Shown here: positions 12,991 through 27,700 of the stretch, piece after piece | Numbering within the stretch: the stretch's first letter is position 1 | Layout of the letters: every line of letters starts with the position of its first letter | Origin: Bugula neritina | Taxonomy: Eukaryota; Animalia; Bryozoa | Reading direction: 5' to 3' | NCBI GenBank assembly: GCA_964035545.1 | Contig: OZ037770.1 | Location: 13,382,642-13,446,641 of the forward strand | Length of the DNA: 64,000 bases | The notes under the pieces: model-generated | What the model was told of the DNA's origin: nothing | The model's database searches: none | The model's input: the letters and a program-made list of their open reading frames with translations, nothing else | Program-made: the position numbers and the translations under genes

Positions 12991-15750
12991 GGTGCATGGA
13001 GTTCAAGGAGTTATAAGTTGAACTTATCTCGTCTGCTTATAGCATTCGACTGCCTGCCTGTCTGCTGCAGTCTTTGTTTTCTTTCCATTCAAAGATACTT
13101 CAACTATTGGATGCGGTATACTAACGCGATGGCAAATTGCCAAAAGCAGAGCATCATTCTTGGAGTTGTGCTCTTTTTAATGCCGTGCAATATATTATAT
13201 AGTTTATGTAGTTGTTGACATCCTTCAGTTAATTTATAAATTAAAGTTATTTAGTGAATTTCATAATAGCAAAATAATGTTGCTTTAAATTTTTCTTTGA
13301 CTAGAAATATAAATGAAGAGAATAGTGTTACAATGCCAGGTGTAACAAAATAATATTATGAATGCATGTCATGAGTGTATTATATTTAATGTGATGGGCA
13401 TAATTTATATAGTCCTTGACACAGCTAACGTAACAATGTATAATGTTGAAGTTGAAGCCATATCAGGTGCTGCTAATATTGATATTCATGCGTGTGCATG
13501 TTTGTAAAAACATATCTTTTAACATTAGATGGAAAGTTAATTTTATTAAACATCAACATGTCAGGTCTAGATCTCTTAGCTTACTCTCAGAGCATATTGT
13601 ATTTTATACAATAATTATATTCATAACTATATGCAATACCCACAGTTGTGTTTATCATATATGTAGTAAAATTAGGGTGTAATAGGGAAATTATTATGAA
13701 GGTGTCATATATTGAACGGGTGCTGTGCAAACTCTTGTAATCAACAATCACTCAAATTCAATCTGAGTGCATGCACCTAGGCCTAAAACATTGCCATGTA
13801 GGCCTGCTTTTTCTTTCTTCAACGCGTAGTTCTTTTAAAGGCAAGATAACTCCTATAAAGTTACATGGTTGGCCGATAAGTGTCAGTTCAAGGTCGGTAA
13901 ATAAACTGAGATTGTAAACCGATTTACAAATGACACTAATCTTAAATGCTATTGTGACTTTTGTAGAATTATTCTGATTAATTTCAAAGAACACAGGCTG
14001 CGTTAGGCTGACCGTTCGTAAATTTCCCCATTTCTGCAAAACATACACAGTGACAGTCACATGCAGTAATACTGATAGCTAACTTATCATTGTGATTGCG
14101 ACAGTCTCGGTAAAATGAAGTGTATAATGAAATAGAGCTGGCACTAGAGCCCTTTGATAATTTTTAATGTAAGTATATAATATAACTATGGTGACTATCA
14201 TTCATTTTGATTTTTGGTTCCCATTCTGATTCGTAATCTATTTCATACTCCTGGACTTTACTCCTACGGCTACTGTCATAGTCATACTCATAATCATTAT
14301 TTCATACTAATGCTGATACTGATAGTGAGAGTCATACTGATAGTGATACTACTACTCATAATGATAGTCATACTGGGTCTGATATTTAGTATCAGTGTGA
14401 CTATCACTGTGCGTACCAGGAAGTGTTAATGTACAACTAAAACTAAATCTAGCACTGTTTTACTTTTAGTTTACGGCGTAAAGTAATGCTTAAATGCTAA
14501 AACTTAAAATGATTTGCTTCTAGTTTTATTAGTATTAGTATTACTCAAATACTATTAGTATTACTACTATTAGTATTACTACTATTAGTATTACTAATAG
14601 TAATAGTAATACTAATAGACAATAGTTCTATGCCTTCGAGTTTGACAACCTGAACCTAAACCTGAACTTCGAACCGATGACCTACTCTAGCTAGTAGTAA
14701 TACTCTAATAGGTTGTGCTAGAATCAATAACTAGTACAACCTTTCTGACTCTATTAGTATTAGTATTTTGTTTTAGTTTTATGTAACTGCTGTAGTCGTA
14801 CTTATCATTTTTCAATAAATAAGCAGTCTTAACATAAAAGTATACTATTAGTATTACTATTAATATTGCCATATAGTTATAGACATTAGAAGTGTATCAC
14901 TCACTTATAATTATACTAATATTTAATTAATATACGCATTAGAGATTTGTATTAGTATAACCATCAGTCTCTGTATGAGTGTTTCCAACTCTATACCGAT
15001 TCTAAGCATTCCTATAATTAATCCAAGTGTAACAGTAATAAGTAAATCAGTAATTATCTCTTGTCCTAAGGGATAAAAAATAAAATAAAATTAATATTGT
15101 TTTAAATCAGAGCTTAAATCATATTTAGTGTTGGAATATTATTTTCCCTAAGAATAGACATTTACCAGGGGGCTAAACTGAGCTTAAATTCATTTAAAAC
15201 TACAATCAATGGTCACAGTCTCAGTGCCTGTGAGTGTTTGAGTATTTACAATCAATGGAAATGCTGATATCACTCAGTTGCGGTTCCTTTCAGTATCCAA
15301 AATTGAATAGGTTTTATTTTTAAAATGTTTTCCTTGTAGCCTAGTTATTCACTATATGTGGTACAAATTATAAATAAGGACTGTGTTTTTTCTTAGCAAA
15401 TATGAAATGTATTCTCAACTTTGTACCATCTTCAATAGATTTTTTATAGAAAAATTGTTATTGTAAATACTGTTTGTGTGATAAGATCTTTCAAAGTTAA
15501 TTTTTCTCACTCATAGTTTTCATTTATGACTACTATAACTATTGTCAAGTTAGTTTTAAACTGTCATACCATAATCTGTGTGAAGATAAAATTTCATGTC
15601 AGTTTTCCAGTTTCAAACTTGAAGCGTTTAAATTTTTACTAAACTCCAAATATTCTGTATATAGTTACGGAGTTAGTTTTGCTGTAGGTTGTTGGGAGTG
15701 TAGGTTTCCCTACAGAAAGTTTAGCTGTATTGTAGAGTACCAGTTGAGTC

Positions 15751-18700
15751 ATGGACAGACAAGGTTCTATATTGTCCACCTTGTCAGATTTTGACATTCT
15801 GGACGGAGTACCTGACCAACCTGTCGAGTGTGGCAAAGTCAGCGCCACAGGTGATAATTCTCATAATTTGTGTCAAGGTCGTGAAAGAAACTAAGAAATT
15901 ATATTGTAACAAATAATGATTGGTGCTTACGTTGTACTGTTGTGGGATTATTTATCTTTGTCTATTTTAACAATAAGCTGTTTCTTAAATACTGTTTTTC
16001 CCAAGAGTGTCAAAATAAAGAGTTATAAAATTGACAACTAGTACTTTCGTATCAGTTTATTTGATTGTTTTATAAATGCAGGAGATGGAGTTGTTGTACC
16101 TTTGGGGGTGGGACACGAGTATCTTCACCCCAATAGAGAGATCTATGTGAAGATATCAGTGAGAGAAACTCACGGTTTTGCAGCTGATGTTCTTCCGGGC
16201 TCTTCCAGATTGTGAGTTGTCTTTTCCAGCAATCCAAATCTTTATACAGCGCTCTCTCCGTATCTCACTAAGCTGCGGGTTCCGAAGCCTCAATTCGTGG
16301 CATATAGTAGAATACCAGATTTAACTCACTGATCTACTAAATTCAGCCATTTTGTTCCTATACACACATACATAAGCTACAAAGCAAGGGTCCAAGCCCT
16401 TCTTGTGGCCTATGGAATTTCGTAAGAAAGGGATCCGTGAGATAAGGAGGAAGTTTTGTATTGTGTTCCCTAAATTCTTATGCCAATAAATCGCTTTTTT
16501 ACCTTGAGTCGTGTTTAAATATGCTTAACTGGTATATATTTACATCTCAAGACATTAATTGAGGAGTTTCTAATGGAATGATAACTCTAACACAGCCATG
16601 TTTATCCCAACTCTGAATTCTATGCTATCGTCCAGGTATGATATTGAATGCAGCCATCATGGTTACAAATGGCGGATAGTGCGTAAATACAGCCATTTTG
16701 AGGAGTTACATCGCTCCCTCAGACTATACAGAGCCTCCCTTTTCATTGGAGTTACCCCTAATACAAAGACAACTACAGTTTCCCTTCCTCCCAAAGAAAA
16801 GAGAGCTAATGCTCAGCCAATGAGGTGAGAGAGAGCATAACTCTAGTGCGTGTGTACTGACCCATGCTCTATACTCTATAGGTCCCTGATTTAATTTATG
16901 AACCAATTTATCATTGTCTGCTTTATGAATCATGTATGCTATATTTTATTACAGCTTGCTAGAAATGTAAGACATTTTTATCTAGGACGGTTGTTTCTAG
17001 TAGTAGTGCAGCAGTAATAGCAGCAGCAGCAATAGTACTAGTAGTAGTAGTAGTAGTAGTACTAGTAGCAGCAGTAGCTGTAGCCATGCTAAATGTATTT
17101 CCATACCCTCTGTGTCACTAATTCTATACCCCCCTCCTGTAGGATGCTAATATACACCAGAACTAAAATCACCGTACACCTACTTTTACTCCACATGTGT
17201 TGTGAAACTCTTCCACAATATTGCCACATGCCCTTCATTGTAACTACTTGCGGGTGGGGTGGGGCTATAGCAGCCCGCATGAGACCAGTGCTGTTGGCCA
17301 TGCTCTCAGTCTACCCTCTCAAGTTGCCATATGTGCAACTAGTTTACTGCTCTGCGTTACAGACTTTAGACTCTAGAGTGTTTGTTACATGGTTAGAGTG
17401 TGAATTGCATCTTTTGGACTTGTTAAGGGCTGAACATGCATCTAACCAGATTGTATTTGACCACTGGCCTGACCACTAGACAGGCTCGTGGCCAGGCTAG
17501 TGGCCAGGCTATAATACATTGTTATTTCCCAGATTGTGCTGCACATGTTAAGCTAGCTACACTATCTCTGGTAGACAATACAGCAGATATTTACAGTAGC
17601 TATGAAGATGTAATACACACAGATGTCTACTTGGTGGTCATAATCACACTCTATCTGCCCTAGACACTTGTCTTTCTATATCTATTACAAAAAGTGCTCC
17701 TCATTAACATAATCCGCCCTTTATAGTCCTACAATGTGGTTATGTGGTTACTGAGTTGATGAAAAGGTCTGTCAAAATAAAAAACATGCCAAACTGTAAA
17801 CACAGTTTGCTATTGTCACTGAAGGTTGTGTTGCTATCAAATAGTTTAGTGGAACATCAGTTGTTACTAATGGCTTTGTAGATATCAAAGGCTATAATAA
17901 CTTGAGATGTACACACAGGAGTACTATTTCAGTGTAGATATTAAATTTCCTCTCCCCCAGGGGACGTATTGTTAGTTTCTGATGAGGTTTTAAAGTTTTA
18001 AACCGTAATTTCTTTAAACTGAGAGATTGGAAAATTGTGAGGGTGGGTAGACGGAGAAGTGAAGGAAATCTGTTCATAAGTCAAGTAGTCTTTAAGTTAA
18101 GTTCAAGTTTCTGGAACTACTTGAGTTTAATGTAAGCAGAGATGAGTCTAAATAACTACAGTCATCTCCCCATGCTTTCATAGACTGAGCTAATCTCTCT
18201 GGAGATGTGCTGCATTGTCTCTCAGGCAAATAAAATTAGAGAAAAGCATACATGTTTATTAACCACACTAGGAAACACAAAAGGCCATAAACAAAACGTA
18301 TGATGATAAACAAAATATTATTGTAAAGCTTTTTATTTACATCCAACCAGTATAAAGGGCATTAAAAGAGATGTATCCTGTAGCTTTGTTTTGTTATTTC
18401 TTCTACAGATAACACTTATTTGAAATGTTGTTTGTAGCTTTGCATAAGCTTATTATTTTAGGCGTGGAGCACAGACTCGTTTTTGTGATGAAAACAGAGT
18501 TTTAACTGGTAGAATGCCTCTTTTCTCATGATAAATATTTGCATTTCTGTTGTCATCTCCAACTGAAATTAATAGGGAGATTAGGAAACCTGAGTTACAG
18601 CATCTCTCTTCCTGTGACTGGCTAAACTGTTGGTGGTGGGTGTGGCCTATGCTGTTGTAGTTAGACACCTCCCCCCTCCCCCCTCCCCCTCCCCCCAGCC

Positions 18701-21700
18701 TGGCAGCCCTATAGGAGATACATGACTCATTCCTTTCTAAGGAAATGTAAATACGTATAAATCACAGCTGTTTGTAAAGATTTCCTTAAAATAAGGGAAA
18801 AAGAAGTAAATAGGGGAAAACTTTTTATCTCTGTGGTAAATTTATTGTGAATTATGTGTTGCGAAATCAGCCAGTCCAAAAAGTTTCCTATCATATCGAG
18901 TTGAATTTATCTCTACTTGTTATACTAACTGTGATTGCAGATTGACTGAATCTCAGTTAGACATTATCATTTTATTACTTTATTGAAGCCTGCTTAAACA
19001 TGATTTAGTAGTAGATTATGTTAGAGTACTCTGTCAGCTAGTAGATTATGTTAGAGTACTCTGTCAGCTAGTAGATTATGTTAGAGTACTCTGTCAGCTA
19101 GTAGATTATGTTAGAGTACTCTGTCAGCTAGTAGATTATGTTAGAGTACTCTGTCAGCTAGTAGATTATGTTAGAGTACTCTGTCAGCTAGTAGATTATG
19201 TTAGAGTACTCTGTCAGCTAGTAGATTATGTTAGAGTACTCTGTCAGCTAGTAGATTATGTTAGAGTACTCTGTCAGCTAGTAGATTATAGAATACAGTA
19301 CATGAATGCACTTCTATAAATTATTTAGGAGCTGTAGCTGAGGAATTGGGATAGCCTAAGTTCTTCTATTTTATTCGTAATTTTTGGTTTGAAATTCTTG
19401 TGAGAATGTAACTTTTTTGTTGCATTTCTAATCTAAAACACAGGCTTTTCTCAATTTCTCCATTACTGCACCTACCTCTCCTTTTTAATCAAAAGAGTTT
19501 AATAAGAGGTAGAGAAAACATAGGAGGTAATAGATGTCCTGCATGCTATACCCCCCCCCCCCCTTTAAAGTTCTCCAGCTCTCTGTTGTAGGAGGAAGGT
19601 TGGGAGAGTTCAGCGCAAAGTCTCTCTCCGATTCCCAAACAAACCGGAGATATTCATAAGTTCACCTTCTCAAGTAGAGAGACGCAGGGTGAGTGTTACA
19701 TCACCTCGTGACTCAGGGGGCCACAACTCCGGTTTTACAGAGTTATATGGCAACAGTTGGGTTTAAATTACTCTTCGCATACCTACCAATATATAATAAT
19801 ATAATATTATAATATAATCTAATTTAATAATATAATATAATTTAATAATATAATATAATATGGTATGATAATGTGGTGTGATAATATAATATAATAGGAT
19901 AATATAATAATATGCTATAATATATAGACTATAGAGTTACTAGCATGTTCCCGTTGGTTTATTCAAAAGCAGTAGAAGCCATATTGTGTTCCTAACGGGC
20001 TATTGGTAATGTCAGGGACAGTATTTGCTAGCTCCTCTGCCACAGTAGAGTCTCCAGACTATGTACTCAGCATGGTTTTAGGGCTATAAGATGGGAGGGA
20101 AGGGGGGTGAGGGGGAGGGGGGTAGTAAAACCTGAGCCAAACTGACTTGAAATGCATGCATCGTATTGTAATATACAGTGCAAGGAATTCCTCTAAACAT
20201 GGCCAGATTTGTGTGCAGATATATCAAGTCACCGTTCAATAGAAACATCTCACTAGACTGTCGCTTGTCACACTGAAAGATAAATGTAGCCTATCTAGTA
20301 CTTACAGTTGTGTGTTTATTGTGCCGACTTTGGAAATTCCCCATTCCTAATGTTATCTACAGCGTTTGGCTATCTGAAACATCCAATCTTGTAATAATTT
20401 GCAATACTTTATTTACAAACTCCACAGTGAATGTACTTCACAGTTTATATTGGCTAATGTTATCAGTATTACATTACGATGGTTCAGGGTTATATACGTC
20501 TGATGTAATGTATGTCACACGAGGTTTCCTCCCCCATGTTGTTTATGCATGTCAATCAGGGAAAGCTTGTTATTCTATGTTGTATTATTTGTTATTATAT
20601 GCTGCATAATTTCATCGGTAAACAGAGACTAAAAATGCCTCACAATGAATCTGGAGTTGTTTTCTCTCTCTAAACTTGGAAATTAACTATTTTAGCAGGG
20701 AATTTACCAAAATAGTGTATCTTCTAGTGTAACTATAATGCTCCCTCCGTATCTCACTAAGCTACAGTGCTCCCTCTGTATCTCACTAAGCTACAGTGCT
20801 CCCTCCGTGAGATATAGAGGAAACACTGTACTTGTACACGTAGAAAACATAATATTGTATATTTGGTTTACAATATCATCTCCATGTTGATTTACTCTCC
20901 CAACATGTTTGTTTGGATTCTTATGATAATAAACAACAACATTGATGTCTTCTCCTTTGGTCAACACGTTCCTATATTCTACTGTAGAGGAGACTGGAAG
21001 AGTATCTCAACGCCTTACTCAAAGACCCCACCTACAGGACGCATGAGTCAACGGTAAGATTCTGACCTTGACACTCAGGAATGGCTGCTTTTATTAGTTT
21101 CGGTTGAATTTTACTGATCGACTAAATTTAGTTTCAGTTGCACTGTAATAATTGCTGTCTGGGAGATTGTAGTATATTTTTAGAAATTGTTTGCTCCTGC
21201 ACATTTCACTATGAAAAGTTAAATTAATTCAAATGTCAGTGTTTTGTTATATATAAAATTTCGTTCAGTTTTACGAACACCCTTAAGGCATTGCTTTTAG
21301 AATAGAAATCAAGTTGAGACCCATTAACTGTGTGTAGTTTTACTGTGTAATTATATTGCACGGAAGTTTACTTTATGATTTTATGATTTAATTCTTTGTA
21401 TTTATCAAGGAAAATTTAAATTGATTTTTTATAAGCATAACTTAATGATTGGCATAAAAAATACACGATGCAGTAAACAGCAGTGGTGACCAAATGCATA
21501 AAATAAAGTAATATATACATGTGTAAAAGGGAAAATATATATTATACATCTTGCACAGATTGAGATGTACTAATAGGTATTCTGAGATTAAGCTATTGAA
21601 CTATAGCCATAAATTCTACCTCATAACTTCTAAAGTGGCTTAAGTTATCTGGCTTGAATTTACACATCTTATAGATAGCCTCCAGTGGAAGCATTGCGAA

Positions 21701-24700
21701 GATGTGGGCCATCGTACGCTGTTATGTGCTGATGAGGGGACAAATCCTGAAACAGCTGCTATACACTGATGAATTATTTTATATGACACGTTGATATAAT
21801 CTTTAGATGAGGTTCCTTGAGATTAGCAAGCTGTCGTTTGCTAAGAATCGAGGAAAAAAGTTCCATGAGGGGTACATCTTGAAGAGGTCTGGGGGGAGGA
21901 GATTCTCCACTCTTCTGAGCTGCTTCCAACCTACAGCAGCTGTTTGGAACAGAAGGTGTAGTGTAGTATATATAGTATTAGTAGTATATAGTATGAGTAG
22001 TATATATAGTATTAGTAGTGTATATAGTATTAGTAGTATATATAGTATTAGAGTGTTTGTGTGCAGGTGGCTGGTTTTGAAAGACTCATACGTCTGCTAC
22101 TTGAGACAGAATCAGGAGATTGCAGACGTCATGCTGTTTGATCAGGACTTCTATGAAGTGAAGAGAGGTCTTGCCTCTACCAGAATAAAACATGGCCTCA
22201 TTATTACCAACACAGTTAGGTTGGTCCAGTAAAGTGAATAACTATACGCTCGTGCTAGCAATAAGTAATTTCATTGTAGTGCTAGTACTACTAGTGCTAC
22301 TAGTAGTACTAGCACTAAATTTAGTAGTATTAGTAGTAGTACTAGTACTACTAATTGTACTAGTATTATTAGTAGTACTAGTGGTACTAGTACTACTAGT
22401 TGTACTAGTGGTAGTAGTATTAGTACTACTGTTAATGCTATTACTATCAGTACTACTACTAGTGGTAGTACTAATATTATAGTAGTACTAATACTACTAA
22501 TAATACTACTGGTACTAATAGTAGTAGTACTAGTAATACTAGTACTATTCACTGGTATCACTGGTAAGTCTCTCTAAATTTTGCTATAAAAATTACTTTA
22601 AATTTAAATTGACATTAAGGATATAACATTATTTGAGAGTTATGTTCTCTAATAACAAATGCTTCAACTTCAGTTGCTGCTGTTTTAGTTTGTACAAAGT
22701 ATCGGTTTACTTTTCTCACTCTTCTCATCTCTATACTCGTACTGAGACTTATAGCATTTACTGAGACTTGTGTTTTGTTGATTTGGTGTTTCCATTGACT
22801 TCTAGAGAGCTGGCATTGAAGACAACCAGTCATCACAAGAGAGATAACTGGGTGCTAGCTATAACGCAGGTGGCAGAGTCGTGTGAGTACACAGCGCCAA
22901 CTCCACACGCCTCATTCGCTCCTCAGCGTAAAGAACTCGCTCACTGGTATGTGTAAATATATTCTTGTGACCTTCCGGAATATTCTAATTGATCTCCCTG
23001 CAGCCCAACTTTCTTTTTCCACAGGAAATCTTTGCGTGGTACAGAGAGTTCTCAGTTCTGTATGCTGGTTTTATGTTACTTTGTTACGTTTTTAAATTTT
23101 TTGTTATTGTTTTTATCAAATTAAAATATTTTTTCTCCTTGGCTGTCTACAAAATTGAAATTTAAATACATGTGAACAGTGAAACTACAAAATTGTAAGT
23201 TTTAAATTTTAAATTTTTTCAAGATGAATTCTTTTATTATATATAAATTCACAGAATATAAAATAACTTTCTAGTGCCATAGATTTGGCATTCTATCAAC
23301 TTTGGCAGTCAATTATGTGTTTCATTCATAATTCAGTCTTTCCTCCGTTATTTGTTGTACACAGACTCACGTCTGCTAGCGTTGAGTGATATCACTTCCT
23401 GTGAAGATTCTGCCATTTCTAACAACTGACGAGGTGTAAGGTTTCTGTTGTTAGTTGAGTGACCTCGTACCCCATTCTGTTAAACTGTTGTGACCCTGTT
23501 AATATACCCGTAAATTATTCTCATGCATCTCTCCGTGGTTTGTAAGGCTCCATGACAAAGAGGAGGAGAGGTTAGTGGGGGAGGGTTAGTGGGGGAGGGG
23601 TTAGTGGAGGAGGGGAGGGGGTTATTTGTAGTCAACAAATATTTTACACATTTTTCCCATAATATAAAAGCCCATGGCTACAGATTATAACTGTTATTGT
23701 CTGATACATTTTGAAAATTATTTTCCGGAGGACACTGAAATAGCAAAAACAGAACTCTTTGAAGAATCCTTCAACTTTGTGTAATGCATTTATAGAAAGT
23801 TTTGGGAGCGTGGAATATATTTTTCGCATGAAAATATATTTATGCTGAGGGAGTTTTAGTGAATCTTAATCCTTTCGGTATTACAACAAACCAGTAGAAG
23901 ACCTGCTTTAGTTATCCAATTCACTGCTTTCTCTTACTATTTTATATTTTAGCGAGTGTTGAATGGTCCACCTGAAGCATGTTAATGTGATTTTCATTTC
24001 CATCCTTCCTCTCTATCATGTACTGTTCCTACTTTATTATAACCCTTTTTCTTTCCCATTTTTTGGTTGTCTTCTGAATGTATATTCTGCTTTCTTTACC
24101 ACTTGATGTGCTAAAACTTTATTTGATAGTATTTGAGCTATATGCTGTTGTTAAAGGTTTCTCCAGTAACTAAACAGTAAAATCAAAATTTTTGTATATG
24201 ATGGAAAGTTGCGTTACGTTAAATAACTGCTGCTGTAATTGGTTTTGTTTTCAGAAAGGATGGTACTTCATGATATTAGTTTAGGTACATAACGTAAGCT
24301 TTTTCTCTGTTTAGTTTTTATACTTGGAATTTAATATCCAGAAGTAGACAACTTCTAGTGCTACGAATCATCAACTGGACTAACAGCTACATCACCAACT
24401 GAGAGGTTACACGGCTCTTAGTGCTGCTTTGTGGAGTTTTAGTTTTGAATTGTGCTGCTTAGTGTTCAGTGAGGTTGATGCACAGCTGTAGTTGTATAGG
24501 CTAGCGGGGTTCTTATTCAAGTGAGTGTGTTTGACGGGCAGGTATGTGGATGCTGCCTCATACTTTGCCGATGTAGCCTCAGCTCTAGAGAATGCACAGG
24601 AAGAGATATTCATCACAGACTGGTGGCTGAGTCCGGAACTCTTTCTACGCCGTCCCGTGGTGCACATGAACGACCCTTCTAGACTGGATAAAATCCTTCT

Positions 24701-27700
24701 CAAGAAAGCGGTAGTTGTCTGCTTCTTGCTTCATTTCCTGTAGTGAAACTATTCCAATTATAATGAGTGTAAAGCACGAAATAAATAGGAATATCAAAAC
24801 ATCTAATGAGAAATTACTTTTGTTGAATTTAAACTTATTTTTGATTTGATTTAAACTTGATGCATTTTCAAAAGAAGTGTGCATTAAAGCTGCAGTAATA
24901 CTAAAGCTAAGAGTTGTAGGCAATTGCTTTAATCAGTTTTGTATTAACATCTTGTGATGTAACTCAGGAAGAAGGAGTGAAGATTTACATTCTGCTGTAT
25001 AAAGAGATCGCGATGGCTGTAGGCGGTATTCAAAGCTTTAAATGTAAAACCCATTTGGAGTCGTCACACCCCAACATAATGGTACGTCACGTAATTGTAG
25101 TTCCCAGTTCTAAATTATATTAAATACTCTACGTTTATATTCTTAAGTATATCATTATATGTTTATGTATTGGGGTGTTTTAATCACCTCTTGTGTCTCT
25201 CTTGGTTTTGATTCTAGTCTTTATGTTTTTATTTTATTTTATTTTATTATGGAGCCATAAAATTGTCTCCTCTTGTTTGACAAACCGTCAGTTGCTTATT
25301 GCTGATGAATGTAGCTCTGACGTTTTTATAACATAAATTTGGAGTTATTTCATCCAAGACTTAGCTTTAGCACCCAGTTGAGAGTGTCTTTTGTTGGGGC
25401 AGGTTATGAGACACCCTGATCACCTGAAATCTTTGGTGTACATGTGGACTCACCACGAGAAACTTGTGTGTGTGGATCAGACGATAGCCTTTCTGGGAGG
25501 TCTGGACCTCTGCTATGGCAGATGGGATGACAGCCAGCACAGGTATAGCCTCAGTTCTACAGGTATAGCCTTAGTTCTACAGGTATAGCCTTGCTTCTAC
25601 AGGTATAGCCTTAGTTCTACAGGTATAGCCTTGCTTCTACAGGTATAGCCTCAGTTCTACAGGTATAGCATCAGTTCTACAGGTATAGCCTCAGTTCTAC
25701 AGGTATAGCTTTAGTGAGTCATGTACTCATCTGATGTGATGTATAGTCTTGGTACTTATTTGACAGACTGACAGACTTGGGGTGGGTGCAGTCCGTCACC
25801 CCTCCTACTACAAGACCGGCCAGTACTGTCAGCACCTCTGCAGATGATTGGAAAGGAATTGGTTTATCAGATCTGAAAGTGAAAGGTAGAACACCCTTTA
25901 TTATAATGTAATGTTTATGGTGTAAATTGTAATGTATTATATTGTAATATATAATGTTATAATATAATATTATCTGATATAGTATAATATATTATAATAT
26001 AACTTTACGGGATCTAGTACCTATATTATTCTATTTTATAATGTAATGTTATCTGATATAATGTAACATATTATAATATAATACGCAGTAATGTAATGTA
26101 ATACAATCTATAAAGAATAATTAAAGAATACTTATTCCATGTAATGTGTCGAGACAGCATATCCAAAATACTGAAATTGTCCATTTGCATTTTCAACTTT
26201 TATTCTAGTTTTGCAAAATTAATCTCATGGTCCTTTTGTTTATATTTGATGATATTTATTTTAGGATGTTACAATCTGTAGTTCTTCTTTTCTGCAGGTG
26301 CTAAAAAGAAAGCTCTACCTTTACCTGTTGACCTCCCGTCAACCCTTCAGATGGCTGTTTTACCTCCAAATATGCGAAGGCCGTCGCCACGCTCCTGGAG
26401 CACCTCAGATGTCATTGAATTAAGAAGTCAAGGCCGTATGCCTGCTCACAAAACAAACTCGGTAGATATTCCCGAGAACCAGGTGACTGTTAGCGCTAAA
26501 CTTTCTCGAGAATTCCGGCGGGGCGTTGAAGGCGCTGTCTTTTCACACAGCACCACGGTTCTCGACAAGAATGTCACTGACGTTGATGACGGCGGCCATG
26601 TTGTTGATTCATTGAACAAGTCGAAACTGCACCTGAGCGACGAGGACGTGTTTATGTCAGTAAAGAAGGAAGATGCTGATTGGCTGTATAATAATGTCCA
26701 CACACGACCCATTCCTCACATCAGCAGTGATATCGTCATAGATTCCCCCGTCCACGCTTCCAATTCCGCTTTTTCGTTTGAAGTTCAACAATCTTTAGGA
26801 GAAAGTCTGTTGTACGACACCCAGATGAACAGTATTCCGTCTCCTTCGGGAGTTATCCCCTTTACTACTCCGGCCGATGAGTTGGATGGTTGTAGCTCGG
26901 CGGGGTTCGAAGACTGCTCGTCTGTTGATAGGTTGGATGTTGAAGCAGACGACACGACGCAACTCACCGCTGCAGGAAGTACGGTAAGCTATTACGTCAC
27001 CAAGTTTTGATGGTTTTTAATCTAAAGCTCATTTTATTATTGGTTGTTGTAAGTTTGGATACTAACTTGATTGAAATTCAATAAATGTGACCAACATTCA
27101 TAAATGTTCTGTCTACTTGCTTATGTAGGTTTGAATATGTGTGAAAATAGTTTTTAAACATTTAGCGCTAACAACTTTTTCCATTTCTGACAAGTTCAAA
27201 ACAATTTGTATTTTTCCATGCAAAATATGAGTAACATTTGTTTCAACTTCATAAAATTGTCATTGCTTTTCATATTTTACTCTAATCTATTTCCTCTGTA
27301 GGATTTAGCACCGCCTATTCCTCTCTTAGCTTTGGAACCAATCCGAGGATTCTGTGTAGATCTGATTGAGGTAACAAGAAAGAAATCTCGGGGCAAGGTG
27401 CCTAACCCCCCTCCTAAATACTCTCTCGTATCTCAACCCAGCCAAGATGATCGAGACGCTTCTCCCAAGAGATCTAAATCTCACAAGAGGCACCCAAAAG
27501 GAAGTAAGAAACATCTGCAAAAAGTCAGTGGTGATGTCAGGAAATCCGACAGCGAGTTGAATCACTCGTCTGATAAGGTGGAGTCGGCAGGTGAAAGAAA
27601 TGGATCCCCGGAGAGGAGGAAATGGAGAAGAGAAGACAGAAAGGAGACTAGAGAGTCGCGGAGAGAATTTAGGGAGGCAAAGAAGGAGATGAGAGAGAAG

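Noticed and set aside
19011-19289. 30-bp direct repeats resembling a CRISPR array
   Set aside because: Units are contiguous with no spacers, there are no cas genes, and the context is a eukaryotic intron.
22192-22561. Poly-Val/Leu hydrophobic ORFs
   Set aside because: Translation of an (AGT/ACT)n microsatellite in a PLD intron.
23568-23623. GGGTTA-containing G-rich repeat as interstitial telomere
   Set aside because: Only about three degenerate units interrupted by other sequence; at most a possible G-quadruplex.
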